Positions 13,621-26,273 of a DNA stretch of 64,000 nucleotides are shown here, one piece after another. Made by a program: the position numbers and the translations under genes. The notes under the pieces are model-generated. The model had not been told where the DNA came from, did not search any database, and was given only the letters and a program-made list of their open reading frames with translations. The stretch's first letter is position 1. The number at the start of each line of letters is the position of its first letter. Source of the DNA: Tubiluchus corallicola (lineage: Eukaryota > Animalia > Priapulida); the NCBI GenBank assembly GCA_030141605.1, contig JAQGDQ010000146.1, positions 437,686-501,685 on the forward strand, in the 5' to 3' direction.

Positions 13621-14914
13621 GAGACTGAAACCTGTAAACTTGTGGACAAGTTTTTTTCCTTGTACACAAAAGTCCACAATGGAGGTGACGCCTGAAAAAA
13701 GATGTCCACAAATCCATTTTGGCGGCCACAAAAATCAAGCACCCTTTAATTATGCACTGCATAATGTAGTTATTGTTAGTGATAGTGTCAAACTGATAAT
13801 TATAGTATACAGTTTTACGGGAACACATTAAATGCTTTGAAAGAATGGAACCAGAGGCAAGAGGTCCACCAGGTAATCTATTGTATCCTTCTATTCTGTC
13901 AGGATGGTAGAAATGCATTTATTCTATTTTTCAATGAAAAATACACTACATACTGATAGCTTCTGACTTGCAATAGTAATGTCGTACTTTTATAATATAC
14001 TGCTTTTCAGTGCGAGTTAGTGACAGTACAATACATAGTTTGAGGCGAAATATATTTTGTAATTTGTGCGTTTTTTCAAAGTTGGGCATTAAAGAGACAT
14101 TAAACTAACCCTGAGACTCAGTAAAGGAATATAGAAGTTTTTGAAATGTGCAGGACAAATTAATTTTTTTCAAAAGCTGTTTTATGACAATTCCCAACAT
14201 AAATTAAGCTAGTAAAATTGAAAAAAAGAAAATTCTGAAATAAGTAAAATATTTTGTTTTTTGTTTGTTTGCTTTTATTTGCTGAGATGCAAAATTACTG
14301 ATAAAAAATTCTAATACAAAAAGGATGAGACCTTTTATAGTATATATTTTATCGGCAAACTGAAACGAAAATTCTGTTTCGGTAACATTGCTAATTTCAT
14401 GGCAATGTGAATACCAGCAATGTAATCTCACCCCGTGCATAAATACAAAAGAAACCCTACAGTACAGCAACTTTAGAACTGTACCATTTGAATGCATGTT
14501 TATATTTAGTGAATTTGAATAATGTTACTTTACTCAATCAGGCTCCCAAGGCCTAATACGGGCCATTTTTCAACAATAACAGTAAATTTCAAAAGTAGCT
14601 AAAGTATGCCACAAAAATATTTAGCATTTGTTTACTTTTCCAAACTCACACTCACGAGCAGGCTTCGCCCTGTCGATCTATGGTAATCTTGCCTATACTA
14701 AATAACGGACAAAAGTCAAATGAACGTCAAATACATCTTCTTACAGTCGACAGATACTATTCAAACACAGAAGAGGACAGGTACTGGTGATTTCAGGGCA
14801 AAATAAGTGGATAAACAGGCTTGGGGTGTTTTTGCACCCATATCCAGCGGCCGAGGGTTAACAGTAATGTAGACAGTTATTTCATGTTACAGACCATAAT
14901 CTGTTTTCAGTTAA

Positions 14915-15499
14915 AGCACAAGAAAACCCTCCACTTACATAAGGCTCAAAATATTCGTCTTGAAATTTTACACCACTTACGTACTATTTTACACCATTTT
15001 CGTATGCAAACAAGTTTAGATAACATTGTGTAAATTTTCACAAAATAATCAGAGTATTCGTAGCGCACATGTAACTGACTAAGTAAAATTTAAATTACTG
15101 TATCTTGTCAATAAGATTACTAATACGCTTTTTGATTAGTGAGTGGTGCACCCTGGAGGGCGAGCCAGCGACATTTTATCAACTGGCACGAACATTTTAA
15201 ATCAGTATTTCTAGTTACATAAGCCTTTCCAGCAGGTAAGTGAAATTCTAGGTAATATAGATTTGCATGGAAACTTTTTTGGGTCATATTTTAACATTGC
15301 CTTTTCTTCCCCTGATTTACGTGGTGTAATGACGTCATGTAATGGCTCTGTCAGAATAATATTCCGGGAGATTTAAAATGAAAACAAATGAAAATTCCTT
15401 TCAACGCGAATACGATATGCACATAAAATTGCTGTAAAGTAGCATAATTTTTTAAGGCGATTTTTTGAAACCTACTTCAGGTGCCCCTTTTCTTGTCCT
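14915..15499 (-). mobile_element. Kolobok-like MITE family A
   Basis: TTAA|AGCACAAGAAAA ... TTTTCTTGTCCT|TTAA; intact TIR and TTAA on both sides. Confidence 0.85.
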
Positions 15500-15988
15500 T
15501 TAAGGGGAAAGTAAGTTGTCTATACCATGTCTGTAGATTATCAAAGTGCCTATACATATTTTTTACAAAATTAATTATCCAGCTTCAAGATATTCAAATC
15601 ATACTGTTTCATGAGGGTGGCAAATTCCAACTTTGTGCAAACTCTAGCTGCGCTTTTGCAATCAACGAAGTTAAGGAGACTTGACAAAAATTTGAACGTC
15701 GTTATCATAACTTTTACTGTGTAGTATTGACCATTACGCGATTTCATCCAATTTGCGACAGAGCAGCATGAGCTGAAAAGCACAAAACAAAGACGACAAT
15801 ACCTGGCAAGCACGTGACGACCAGTCCCGTATTTTATTTTTCAATCGGGGTTTCCAGACTGTTAAACAATTGTATATTTATCTGAAAACTTTACATAATT
15901 ACACGATACATCGGTATATTTAGTTATATTACAACTGATGAGACGAAATTACCAGTCTACAACCATAATTATAAAAATAAATACTTAC

Positions 15989-16136
15989 AGCTAGCTAAAT
16001 ATTTAAATTACTTTGACCTCTCAATGATTTGTTTTTTTCAACTCGCACTTTAAATGATTAAATAATGAATTAGTGCACAGAATACGAAAACTATTTAATA
16101 CTTTCACAAAAAGTTAACACGACAAACGCGCCAAAA
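15989..16136 (-). promoter_or_regulatory. Putative MCM7 promoter and non-coding first exon with E2F site
   Basis: Minus-strand donor GTAAGT starting at 15988; TTTTGGCGCG (E2F consensus) at 16127-16136; matching acceptor ttttacttAG at 11989-11990, 31 nt before the ATG. Confidence 0.55.
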
Positions 16137-18109
16137 TTCCGGCACTGTATATAGAGGAGTCGCACGATTTTATTTCCGTGTTCATAGTTCGTGTGGTTGA
16201 CATCGCCATACACACTTTGTCACCCATCTAAAAATGTTCATCAATGATCGGTGGTGCCACCTATTTTTAACGAATAGAATTACGTCCGGCAGGGTGCAGA
16301 CGCAATGTAAGACAGAGAACATAGTAATAATCTCTGCATGAATCTTTAGTTTTTAGTCGTCTAATCTTACCAAATGCAATCGTCTGAGTCCAAAGTTTAT
16401 AATTTTTTATGAATTATAAGACTATTTTTCTTACCCCCCAAAAAACACAGCAAAACTACACACGTAAGTAAAATAAGTAGCAACACAAAATACCAGGGGT
16501 GTATCAGCGTAAAAGTTAACAAAATTCCTGACCAGAATAACATCAGCATTAGAAATTTTTATTTTTCTTTTACAAGTTTGAACATAAATGTCTGATAGTT
16601 AATGTTGTTTCTAGAAAAAATTCCACTGCCCTGACCATAAACTTTCACATTACAGTTCACACGCAGCATGAAATCTTGAAAACCTTGGTAATGATATCGG
16701 GTTGTCAATACTTGAAACTTTAGACAAAAGTTCTCTCTGTCCTCAGATGAGCACTTCAAGGTCAAAGGTACCAAAATTACAAATGTTGGGCAAGCACAAC
16801 AGAGGTCACAAAATTCGTGATACCGAGCATAAATTCCTCTTTAACAAAATCTGAAGATTCTACTGAAATATACAAACAACTCGATCACAAATTATTGTAA
16901 CAATCATGAAAATATTTAGGAATTTAATATAACTGTATTATAATGCATGAAAATATTTAAGTAATACAATTTTAATATATATATGATTAAATAAACTAAT
17001 AAAGCCTATAAAAAACTAACATAATCATTTATATGCTTGAACTAACTAATAAATCCTATAAAGAAGCAACACTGTTTTGGATATAAGCAGGAAATAGGCC
17101 ATTGATCATATTTTGGAGACTGGATAGGAAAGAAGTCATTCTTGTTCAGTACGTCATGTCGTTTTATAACAAAATTTTGTCAGTCGAGTTCTCTTTAACA
17201 AGTTAGTAAGATGCGACAAAGATGTAAGTTTGATTTCTTCATATTTCATATTATTATACATTTTGCCATTATAGCAGTTAATTATCTTTTTGACATTGGA
17301 TTAGCAGAAAATGTTTTTATTTGCTTCAGACAAAACGAAGTCAAGTCACACATAATGTGTCAGACAGTCAGTCAGTCAAAAATGTCATAATGTGATAGTG
17401 ATTTTGGGATGAGATGATGATTGCCCATTTTGGACAATAAAGAATCATAAATTACACTTAAGACTGTTGGACTTGTATTTAGCACATGTCGTGCACAAAC
17501 ATAGTCTGTCTATGGCTTAATAATAACAAAACACAAAGCTATAAGCAGAACTTAAACACACTGTCAAATAATCAACAAGAAATTAGACGGTAATTCAAAA
17601 GTGTCAATTATTAGTTATTCATTTTTATGGTCATTAAATTAAATAACTTACATAAGCTTGTGCGAAATAATACAAAGGTGATTTCAGTTATTTCCCTATG
17701 CATGCATTTATCAAACAACATAATTTTACCAGTGTTTCCTAAATTACTAAATTTACCGACAAATTTCAAATTACCACTGATTCACTATGTCAGATTACTC
17801 AAACTACGCACAGTGCTATTATTTTAGAAAAACAGGATCAAGAATGTAACAGCTAACTGTTAACAGACGAGAGGACATCTGCTTAGATCATAAGTTTGTT
17901 ACATAAATGAATGATAAAGCTAGTCCAATATAGACGGTAAACAAGAGATTTCAGACACACATTAACAAAAGTATATAACACGATTGGCATACAATTTACA
18001 TAGGCACAAACAGTAAAAATACCATGTGAAAAAAATCCCTGTACAAAATATGCAACAAACTTCACTTTCAAACTTCATTGAACACCAGTACATATTCTAT
18101 CTCAATGAC

Positions 18110-18894
18110 GATGAAAACGAACAAAATTCACGTGATGCACTGCGTTTTAGGCCTATACACAGGGGCGTATCAAGTCTTTACGAATCCCCAGGCTGATAGT
18201 TCTGTCCTGCCCATCTCTATTGTGAATTTATGGTTGTTTATGTAATGAGGAGATTAAACAATTACTTGTGTTGTATTAGAAACATTATTAACCTAGTTTC
18301 TACGTGATTATTAATTGTGATTAATTAGATGTATTTGCATAGCGCTTGCTTGCTGTGTAATGCCTTGCACCTGTTCGTTATGAGGTATTTATATATATAA
18401 AAGCTGATTTCAGTAACTGCCTGCGGTGTGTTATAAAATATACATGAATATGTGTATATGCGAAAATGAAAGTACATGTATATGTGAACATGAAAGTACA
18501 TGATGAAAACGAACAAAATTCACGTGATGCACTGCGTTTTAGGCCTATACACAGGGGCGTATCAAGTCTTTACGAATCCCCAGGCTGATAGTTCTGTCCT
18601 GCCCATCTCTATTGTGAATTTATGGTTGTTTATGTAATGAGGAGATTAAACAATTACTTGTGTTGTATTAGAAACATTATTAACCTAGTTTCTACGTGAT
18701 TATTAATTGTGATTAATTAGATGTATTTGCATAGCGCTTGCTTGTTGTGTAATGCCTTGCACCTGTTCGTTATGAGGTATTTATATATATAAAAGCTGAT
18801 TTCAGTAACTGCCTGCGGTGTGTTATAAAATATACATGAATATGTGTATATGCGAAAATGAAAGTACATGTATATGTGAACATGAAAGTACATG
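18110..18894. repeat. 392-bp near-perfect tandem duplication
   Basis: Units start at ~18110 and ~18502; each covers the left flank plus the 5' part of the hAT MITE. Confidence 0.92.
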
Positions 18895-19026
18895 TATATG
18901 TGAACATGAAAGTACATGTATACACATTTTCCGAGGAGAATAAGAATTTTTTCTAAAATGTGACACCCCTTAAACTTCAGAGCCCTAGACTGTAGCCTAG
19001 TTAGCCTGTTGGTTAATACGCCCCTG
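18552..19026. mobile_element. hAT-like MITE
   Basis: TIR CAGGGGCGTAT...ATACGCCCCTG; degenerate 8-bp TSD cctataca/ccgatact. Confidence 0.7.
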
Positions 19027-19228
19027 CCGATACTATTTGTACTTTAATTTGTGCTATACTATTTATGCAAATAAGATAAAAATAACATCATTAGTCCACC
19101 TGAGCTTATTTATACCCGACTTTACTTAGAGATGTATGATTGTGTTCGAGTGTGTGATTGTAAACAGAGAACATGCAGTGCAAGACCAGGCTTCATGTAC
19201 AAAAACTGACATTTGAAACAAGTCAATA

Positions 19229-19605
19229 AACCTTTTCACAGTTGCAGTGATTGACGATGACCGTGAAAAGGTTAAGTGAACCAGACAACGCAAATGTATA
19301 CACTTGACAATGCCTTGCAGTCCAAGCTGTTGTGACAGTAACAGTTTTAGCAGCTAGCTAGAATCTTACCTAGTTCATTTTTTCTTGTTCCCAGGCAAGA
19401 TCCTGTACCAAGCACTGTATGCACAGACTAATTAATGCATAATTAAGTAAAGTCATAATAACTGACGTCATTGTACTGATGCGGCAGATGGCTTTGCCGT
19501 ACTCACACGTCACGTGGCAACTGTAGTTACGATGCGTTGCTGTGGTACACTTAACCTTTGACCTACAGAAACTGCGTATGTGCACAACGAAAACGTGAAA
19601 AGGCT
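19229..19605 (+). mobile_element. MITE family C (TIR AGCCTTTTCACAGTT), possibly PIF/ISL2EU-like
   Basis: aata|AACCTTTTCAC...GTGAAAAGGCT|tatt; TSD could be read as AT or TA. At least 7 copies in the window. Confidence 0.78.
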
Positions 19606-19685
19606 TATTTAAAAAAATAATCTTTTTTTGTATATTTCTATTTTATATTTCCAAACAGGCGACTCAGACAAGGAAGGGCACCCTT

Positions 19686-20447
19686 TTACAATAATTCAGC
19701 AGCATTGCTCTCTGTTAGCCGGACGAAACATTCTTCTTTCTTGTCGAGCACGTAAAAATCACCCGAGTCAAGATGGAACCACCATGCGTGAAGTGTAACT
19801 TCGTCATTGGTAAGTACCTTCTCAAGAAACTTCAGACTACCAATGTTTTCCATTTGTTGCAATACATTTAGTTGAGAAAGCTTGTCTACATGTCCAAACT
19901 TGTCCTCGGGATCTATATACACCTTAAAAGACTTTTGCCCAGCCAGCCTTTCAAACTGAATTGGTTTTTTCGAATCTTGAAGTAATTGCTCGTATTTGGC
20001 AAAGGTATTGGAAGCATAGCCGCGCAGGTACTTTTGTAGAGGACCGTCTTTAGCCGGGTCTTGCTTTGACCCAAGGAGCTTATGAAGCGCATCCATTGCA
20101 CGGCAATCAGAATGACCACAGATGATGACGTTTTTAATGCCGGCCACTCGGCAACACAAATCCAACGCCGCTGTTTCAGAGCTTAAATCAGCACTATCTC
20201 CACCACTGCTGTCTTGGTGCGGCACCAAGTTACCTGCATTACGAATGACAAACATGCTGCCTAGATGAGTTTGCGTTATGAAACTAGGTTGCAGTCGAGT
20301 ATCCATACATGTAATATACAGAGCTTGTGGATCGAATGTTTCCGGATGACTGCGTAACGCTTTCATTTCATTCACAACTTGAGACTTGTACTGCGAGGTA
20401 TATTTTAGAACACCCTGTAGAATCTTATCCATGCAACGTGTAGCCAT
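19686..20447 (-). CDS. Beta-class carbonic anhydrase (invertebrate type), 253 aa, single coding exon
   Basis: Zn ligands TCMDTR (CxDxR) and GHSDC (HxxC); RNAGNLVPH; DKLSQLNVLQQMEN; N-terminus MDKILQGVLKY as in invertebrate beta-CAs. True start is the ATG at 20447 (in-frame stop upstream); acceptor ttttctAG at 20496-20497. Confidence 0.95.
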   Translation of the reverse strand: MATRCMDKILQGVLKYTSQYKSQVVNEMKALRSHPETFDPQALYITCMDTRLQPSFITQTHLGSMFVIRNAGNLVPHQDSSGGDSADLSSETAALDLCCRVAGIKNVIICGHSDCRAMDALHKLLGSKQDPAKDGPLQKYLRGYASNTFAKYEQLLQDSKKPIQFERLAGQKSFKVYIDPEDKFGHVDKLSQLNVLQQMENIGSLKFLEKVLTNDEVTLHAWWFHLDSGDFYVLDKKEECFVRLTESNAAELL

Positions 20448-21403
20448 GATGTTTGTGACTTCTGACACTTCTTCACTTCAAATTGAACGCACTACCTAGA
20501 AAATAATGAAGTGTTGACTTACACATTATTTTACTCACTCACTCACACTCTTCAATTTCAATTTATTTGAATTAACAAAACAACAGTTTTACAATACATT
20601 TCACATGATGGTACATAAAATAGGTATTACCAATAATGCATCTGTTTGTCAACTTAACATAGGAAACGACATTAAATTGCATGTTTTAGGGAGATCAAGG
20701 AAGCCGCAGCTTATAGAAGTCACCCAGAGGGCAATATGGGGATGTTTAAGAAGATAATTATGACATTTTATGACTAAAATTTTGCAAATATTTAAAGCTT
20801 AGGTTAGTATGTTAGTAAAATGAATGGAGTGATTATTGTAATGGTTACTTTTCCTGCTCTGATCAGTACAGCACACTTACGAAAATTATAACTACAATAG
20901 TATTCATTATGCGACTTTTAATAGTTAAAATTAACATTCAAAATTTTTTAACAGAGATGTAAATTGTAGATTGTTTATTTCTGTGTCTTAGTCAATCGTT
21001 CATGTTCCACGGCTTTCTTTCAGCTTTTCTAAACACAAAACAAAACTGACAAATGAGAGAATGTCAACAAACCCTCAAAGGGTGTGTCGAACTACTCGTA
21101 CACTTGCATCAAAATGACGAGATTTAGTGAACGAAGGAATAATGAACAATCATTATTATGCTAAAGTATTGGGCCTACGTAAAAAGCAATAGGGCACCAC
21201 GGTCATTATTAATCAACATCATTATCATCACACTTTGTGCCCGCGTCACGACTACTGAGTACTGTAGAATTAGGTAGGCAAGATTATAAAAAAGTTCACC
21301 ATAACGGTCGATAGTGTCTATATACATGTAGGCCTACCGTACTTGTACGCTCTGCATCTTTAAAAAAATGAAAAAAAGCTCAAGTACTTTACTTGTTGCA
21401 TAC

Positions 21404-21690
21404 CTCCGGTTCTGGTGAGAATATTTCACTTTTATGTACAAGAATTTAAGTTACCTCCGCTAGTTCGCCACTAAAAATAATAGTGTGATGTCCAGAAGCC
21501 GTCTTCAACGTCCTTCACAAAAACAGTAAACCACAGTAACAGTCCAGCTATTATAGAAGACCACAAGCTGTAAACAACTATTTTTGAACTTTGAGCCAGC
21601 TACTATACAGTGCACGCTGAGAAATGCCGCGTAGGTATGTGCTGCCATCTACAGACTATTGGTAACAAATTTATATATAATTATACTACT
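21404..21690 (-). promoter_or_regulatory. Candidate beta-CA non-coding first exon and promoter
   Basis: Two minus-strand donors (gag|GTATGC at 21403, gag|GTAACT at 21454) and a TATATAAA-like tract near 21675. Confidence 0.35.
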
Positions 21691-22789
21691 TTCGCTGATA
21701 ATTGCCCAAAAGTTATAAAATATATACAAAGATTTGTGCGACAAAGTCAAGGAACAAAAATATGTCAGAAAGATAAAACGGAGACGACATGCTATTAGAT
21801 TACCGGAAAACAGTCCTCTTATTAAAGCTTTTCGTGAATTAGTTTAACTATCAAAAAAGCCAAGGGGAGTAAGACTGCTTACACAAAAATACCTCAATAG
21901 AAAATCTCTAATTTTGAAACATTCTTCATCCTGGGGAGTAACTAAAATCGTACCGTCTGGCGGCAGAAGTTGGAGAGTGTAATGTCGTTGGACAACTAAT
22001 AGGCCCACACGCCATAATATTAACTATGATAATTTATGAAGTTAGAACCTGAGAGCATAAAGAAAAATTACAGATTCACAGACTCAGCACCGAATTCTCA
22101 GGTGATTCGTCTAGTAACTGTTATTATAGCAAACTTTTAAAAGTAATGAGGGACTTATAAGTACCCCGTACAATACTCACGCAAACAGACAGAGAATGTT
22201 TGTACACCATGGCTATCAATTTGTTAAAGGCTCTACCATATTAATTTCTGGAATTAGAAAGGTGTAGATCGACTCAGTTGCAAGAAGTTGCGTATACTTA
22301 ACGTATATGTGTGTGTGCGTGTGTGTGTGTGTGTCTGTGCGTGGTGTGTGTATGTATGTACGTAATTGTAATGGTGTGTTTTCTCTAATAAAAAAATAAC
22401 TTCTCTAAGGGAACCTAGTTAAAAAGAGCACTTGTTTTCCGAAAAGGAAGACAAAAAGGTGAGTTGTTTCGAGTGAAGAGGTTTATGAGTAGGTTTATCC
22501 AATCTGCGTAATTACATTTATTTGGGAGCTGAGAAATTAGAACCGGAAGCGCTGAGTACTGTGCTGAGAAATTTGAATGAGGCCCTAAATTAAGAACTGA
22601 ACTGATATATAAGTTGAGATGACTTGAACTGAAATGATATTCGCCAAGCAGAGAGTTTAAAATGACTTGATTGAGGATCACTTGTAAATGTGTCATCTTA
22701 CGTTAAACGTTCATAAATTATCATCAGAAGCATAATTTTTTATGTATGTGCACAATCCCGCACGTATGTTTATGTTACTCATGCCTTTA

Positions 22790-23421
22790 TGTTAAATTTA
22801 ATTGAATTATAATCTTAAACAGTTACTTACAAAAACGCATGTGGACACAATTCAGTAAGTAAAACAGCAATCAACTTATGGAATTCAACATCCTTAAGTA
22901 CAAAATCAAAAGACGGATTAACAACATTTAAAACAGAACTAAAAACAAACTGCTAACTCACAAAAGACTCCTATATAAACACGATAACGTAGAATTCATC
23001 AGTAATTGGAGAATGCAAAAAACGCGCAACGGTTTAGAGTCATAAACTCATCATAATATAAGTGTCTATACTATAAAAATGAACGACTCGCACGGAAGCT
23101 TACACGGCAAAAAAGCAGCAAAAACTATCAGAAAATATTAAAATTCACAATATTTCATAAGTCACTATCGTGTCATCATGTAGACAAACTCGTAGATATG
23201 TAATGTAGTATTTTAATGTTTTTATTCTTATGATTTTTAATTTAGACTAACTAATACAATTGCACATATAAGTCTGTCAATGACTGGTTATACACTGATT
23301 TTATGTATGATGTAATTTGTTTTACTCTATATTAGTGTATAAATTTTGCAATAAAGACTTCTATGTTTCTGTGTGTTTTACTCTGTATTAGTGTATAAGT
23401 TTTGCAATAAAGACTTCTATG

Positions 23422-23426
<5 letters not shown>
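22790..23426 (+). mobile_element. CR1/L2-like LINE 3' remnant
   Basis: Translates as ..KTAINLWNS.....TFKTELK (typical ORF2 C-terminal pattern), followed by an AT-rich 3'UTR with a duplicated AATAAA-containing 58-mer. Confidence 0.5.

Positions 23427-23516
<90 letters not shown>
23427..23516. repeat. (GT)n microsatellite
   Basis: Pure GT run. Confidence 0.98.
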
Positions 23517-23519
<3 letters not shown>

Positions 23520-23541
23520 AAACCTGGCTATGCCACATTAA

Positions 23542-24172
23542 CCCTTATAAAGTCACCGGGGGGGGGGAGAGTAAAAAATTACCCCCAGACCGGTTCTTTG
23601 CATTTTACCCTTTTACCATATGCATACCAGTGAACCTTTTCTATGATTTTTTCTAAATATGTTTTGTGCACAAAATATTTTCAGTTATTAATTTTAGGCT
23701 CATTGTCTCACCACGAAATAAAAGTTAAAATGCAATATGTAGATTTTTTAAAATTGTCAGAACTTTACTTCGCTTGCCTATACATTATACGGGCGATGTA
23801 TCTGATAAAACAAAATGTCAGACGTCTGTATGCTGAAATTACTCCACCTAAAAGAAGAAAGTAGTAGACAATAAATTCAAAATAACAATGATTTTTGCAC
23901 ACGCGCTAGCAATGTCGGTTGTCTACAGTTATTCCAGCATACATAAGGGAACGTAACTAAGTGAATTTAAATTTCGTCTTACTAGTAAGTCACATGTCTT
24001 TGAGCAGAGGTATAATGTATCCTATGGTGGTCAGCATAACCACAAATTATGCTGTTGCTGTTTACTAATGAAACACGCCGGTTTCTCAAAAGTAATTTAC
24101 GAATTATGGCGGGCTAATTTTTCACCCCCCGGTTACCAAAATTGATCGTAAAAAATCGTGACCCTATAAGGG
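23542..24172. mobile_element. piggyBac-like non-autonomous element
   Basis: TTAA|CCCTTATAAAGTCAC ... GTGACCCTATAAGGG|TTAA, with inner inverted G/C tracts. Confidence 0.88.
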
Positions 24173-24556
24173 TTAAAGGGCAAAGGTATTGTTACACGTG
24201 GAAGTTGCACGAACTTAACAGCAATCAGTAACGTTGTGCGCATTTTGAATATTTTAAACTGTATACTATTATATTCTTTGTTTCGGCTCATAGACATTGC
24301 CTAAAGACATAAAAATACATGTAGTTATTAATAAACTAATCATTAAGCATTACTTACTATGAAATTAATGTCTTTACCAAGATTAAAAACAGACTGAGAT
24401 TAAAAGAAGATTTACGTAAATGGCATACTTTAAGAGTACGTTAAACTTTCATTTCTGTAAATTTAGAGATAATTGCTTGGTCCAAGCGAATTTTTTTAAC
24501 ATAGATTTCAAATTTACGCGTTTAGAATTTAACGCTTTTAATTGAGCGTGCAAGTA

Positions 24557-24916
24557 AAATTGCGAATCTTGAGAAAAATTAACCAATCGTTAAAATTTAA
24601 AACGTAGATCAAAATTTGTTACAAATCAAAATTAAGTATCTACAATGCTGAAAGCTGTCGATGTTACCAAAGTTTTTTTTTGGAATTAATAAACGAATGC
24701 TTCTAATCGCAAACTCTGAAATTAATGTTATGAATAGAGTGCACATGCGAAATTGCGAATCTTAGAAAAAACATTAACCACTCATTAAAATTTAAAACGC
24801 AGATCAAAATTTGTTACAAATCAAAATTAAGTATCTACTGTGCTGAAAGCTGTCAATGTTAGCAAAGTTTTTATTGGAATTAACAAACGAATGCTTCTAA
24901 TCTGCAAACTCTGAAA
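24557..24916. repeat. ~165-bp direct duplication (period ~193)
   Basis: aaattgcgaatctt...gcaaactctgaaa occurs twice. Confidence 0.85.
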
Positions 24917-25049
24917 GAAGCCACGTTCATCGTTACGTTCACTTCTGCAGTTACGAGACGTAACGCTCGTGGCAATTCGTCTTACGACCATTTACCCTAA
25001 CCGTCTTTATACTTAGCGGTCTGAACTCTATTATTGAAATTGCCGACTG

Positions 25050-25420
25050 TAAATTATCAGCCAATCGCCTGCCTCAGTTGAATGAAACCAAAGGCTAGAT
25101 CTTCTATTATGGGCAATAGATGCGCATCTGTGAGCGGGGCAGAGCAATAGACTAATTGAGCAGCTGCGCTGGGCAGTGGCTTCTTGGTACCCCAACTTGC
25201 CTGAAGCTCGAACAGCTTGCATAACTTGAAGTGCGTGCGAGAGTGCAACTACGATGCGATCTCGCGCCGAGCTCATGGTTAAAATTTAATGTGCTCATTA
25301 AGCAGTTTAAGCTATTCAGGAAAAAACATACAGAGATACGATTAAAATCTCTAGCTGTTTCACGAACGTTGTAATTACGCTATATTGCTCTTCATATAAA
25401 CGCGTCCGTGCTTAGTATCC
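25050..25420 (+). promoter_or_regulatory. Putative promoter of the alpha-CA-like gene
   Basis: Locally GC-richer; CCAAT near 25060, CAGCTG E-box, and CATATAAA near 25393, ~170 bp before the ATG. Confidence 0.45.
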
Positions 25421-25566
25421 GCACAGAACGCACGCACGCACACGCAGTGCGTAATTTCTGACACACGCATATTAATTTTCTCAGTTGTCATTGCAAGAAT
25501 TTCGTTTCAAATTTGTTTTTTTAAAACTAAAGTGAGTAAAATCAACTGCCTCGTCTAGCTAGTGCA

Positions 25567-25648
25567 ATGAATTTCGCCTGTGTGTACACGATGCTTTGTA
25601 GAGACACACCAAGGTTTCTGCTATTGTTTGTGCTGACTGCTGTATTTG
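25567..25648 (+). CDS. Signal-peptide exon of a putative alpha-carbonic anhydrase / CA-related protein
   Basis: MNFACVYTMLCRDTPRFLLLFVLTAVF-G ends at a phase-1 donor ttg|GTAAGT, phase-compatible with the exon at 33725. Confidence 0.6.
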
Positions 25649-25886
25649 GTAAGTTACACAGAACTGACTAATTTACATTTGAAATTGTCGTTTATTCTTG
25701 GCTTTTGTTGTGTTATCAATGTCGGTGTGGTTGTTGTTACCCATTGTTCCTCCCGCTGTGCGTGGGTGGTGTAAGCTGGTGGCGGTGGTGGTATTGTTGT
25801 TGTTGGTGAGTGATGATAACATTGTATTGCCATTTTACCAAAATTTTATGTTACCCTCGTCATTTGGCCCCTCTTAGTCCACAATA

Positions 25887-26273
25887 AACCTTTTCACAGC
25901 TCAAGCGATTAATGATGATCGTGAAAAGGTCAAAGGTTTAGCGTTTCAGGCAACGCATTTGTATATACTTGACAATGCCTCGCAGCTCATGCAACTGTAA
26001 TAGTAACAGTTTTAACAGCTAGCTAGAACTTTACCTAGTTCATTTTTTCTTGTATCCAAGCAAGATCCTTCTAGTAAATCATTTTACACACATACTGATG
26101 CATAATTAAGTAAAGTCCACGTAAAACAACTGACGTTACTGAACTGATGCGGCTGACGACTTTGCTCTACCCACACGTCACGTGACGGTTGTAGTTAAGA
26201 CGCGTTGCTGTGGTACACTTAGCCTTTGACGTGCAACAACTGCGCGTGCGCGTAACGAAACTGTCAAAAAGCT
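25887..26273 (+). mobile_element. MITE family C; right end followed by a 28-bp tandem repeat
   Basis: Same TIR and body as the copy at 19229. Confidence 0.8.

Noticed and set aside
13299-13918. Several 145-176-aa overlapping ORFs
   Set aside because: Length inflated by the 122-bp duplication in a repeat remnant; no protein motifs.
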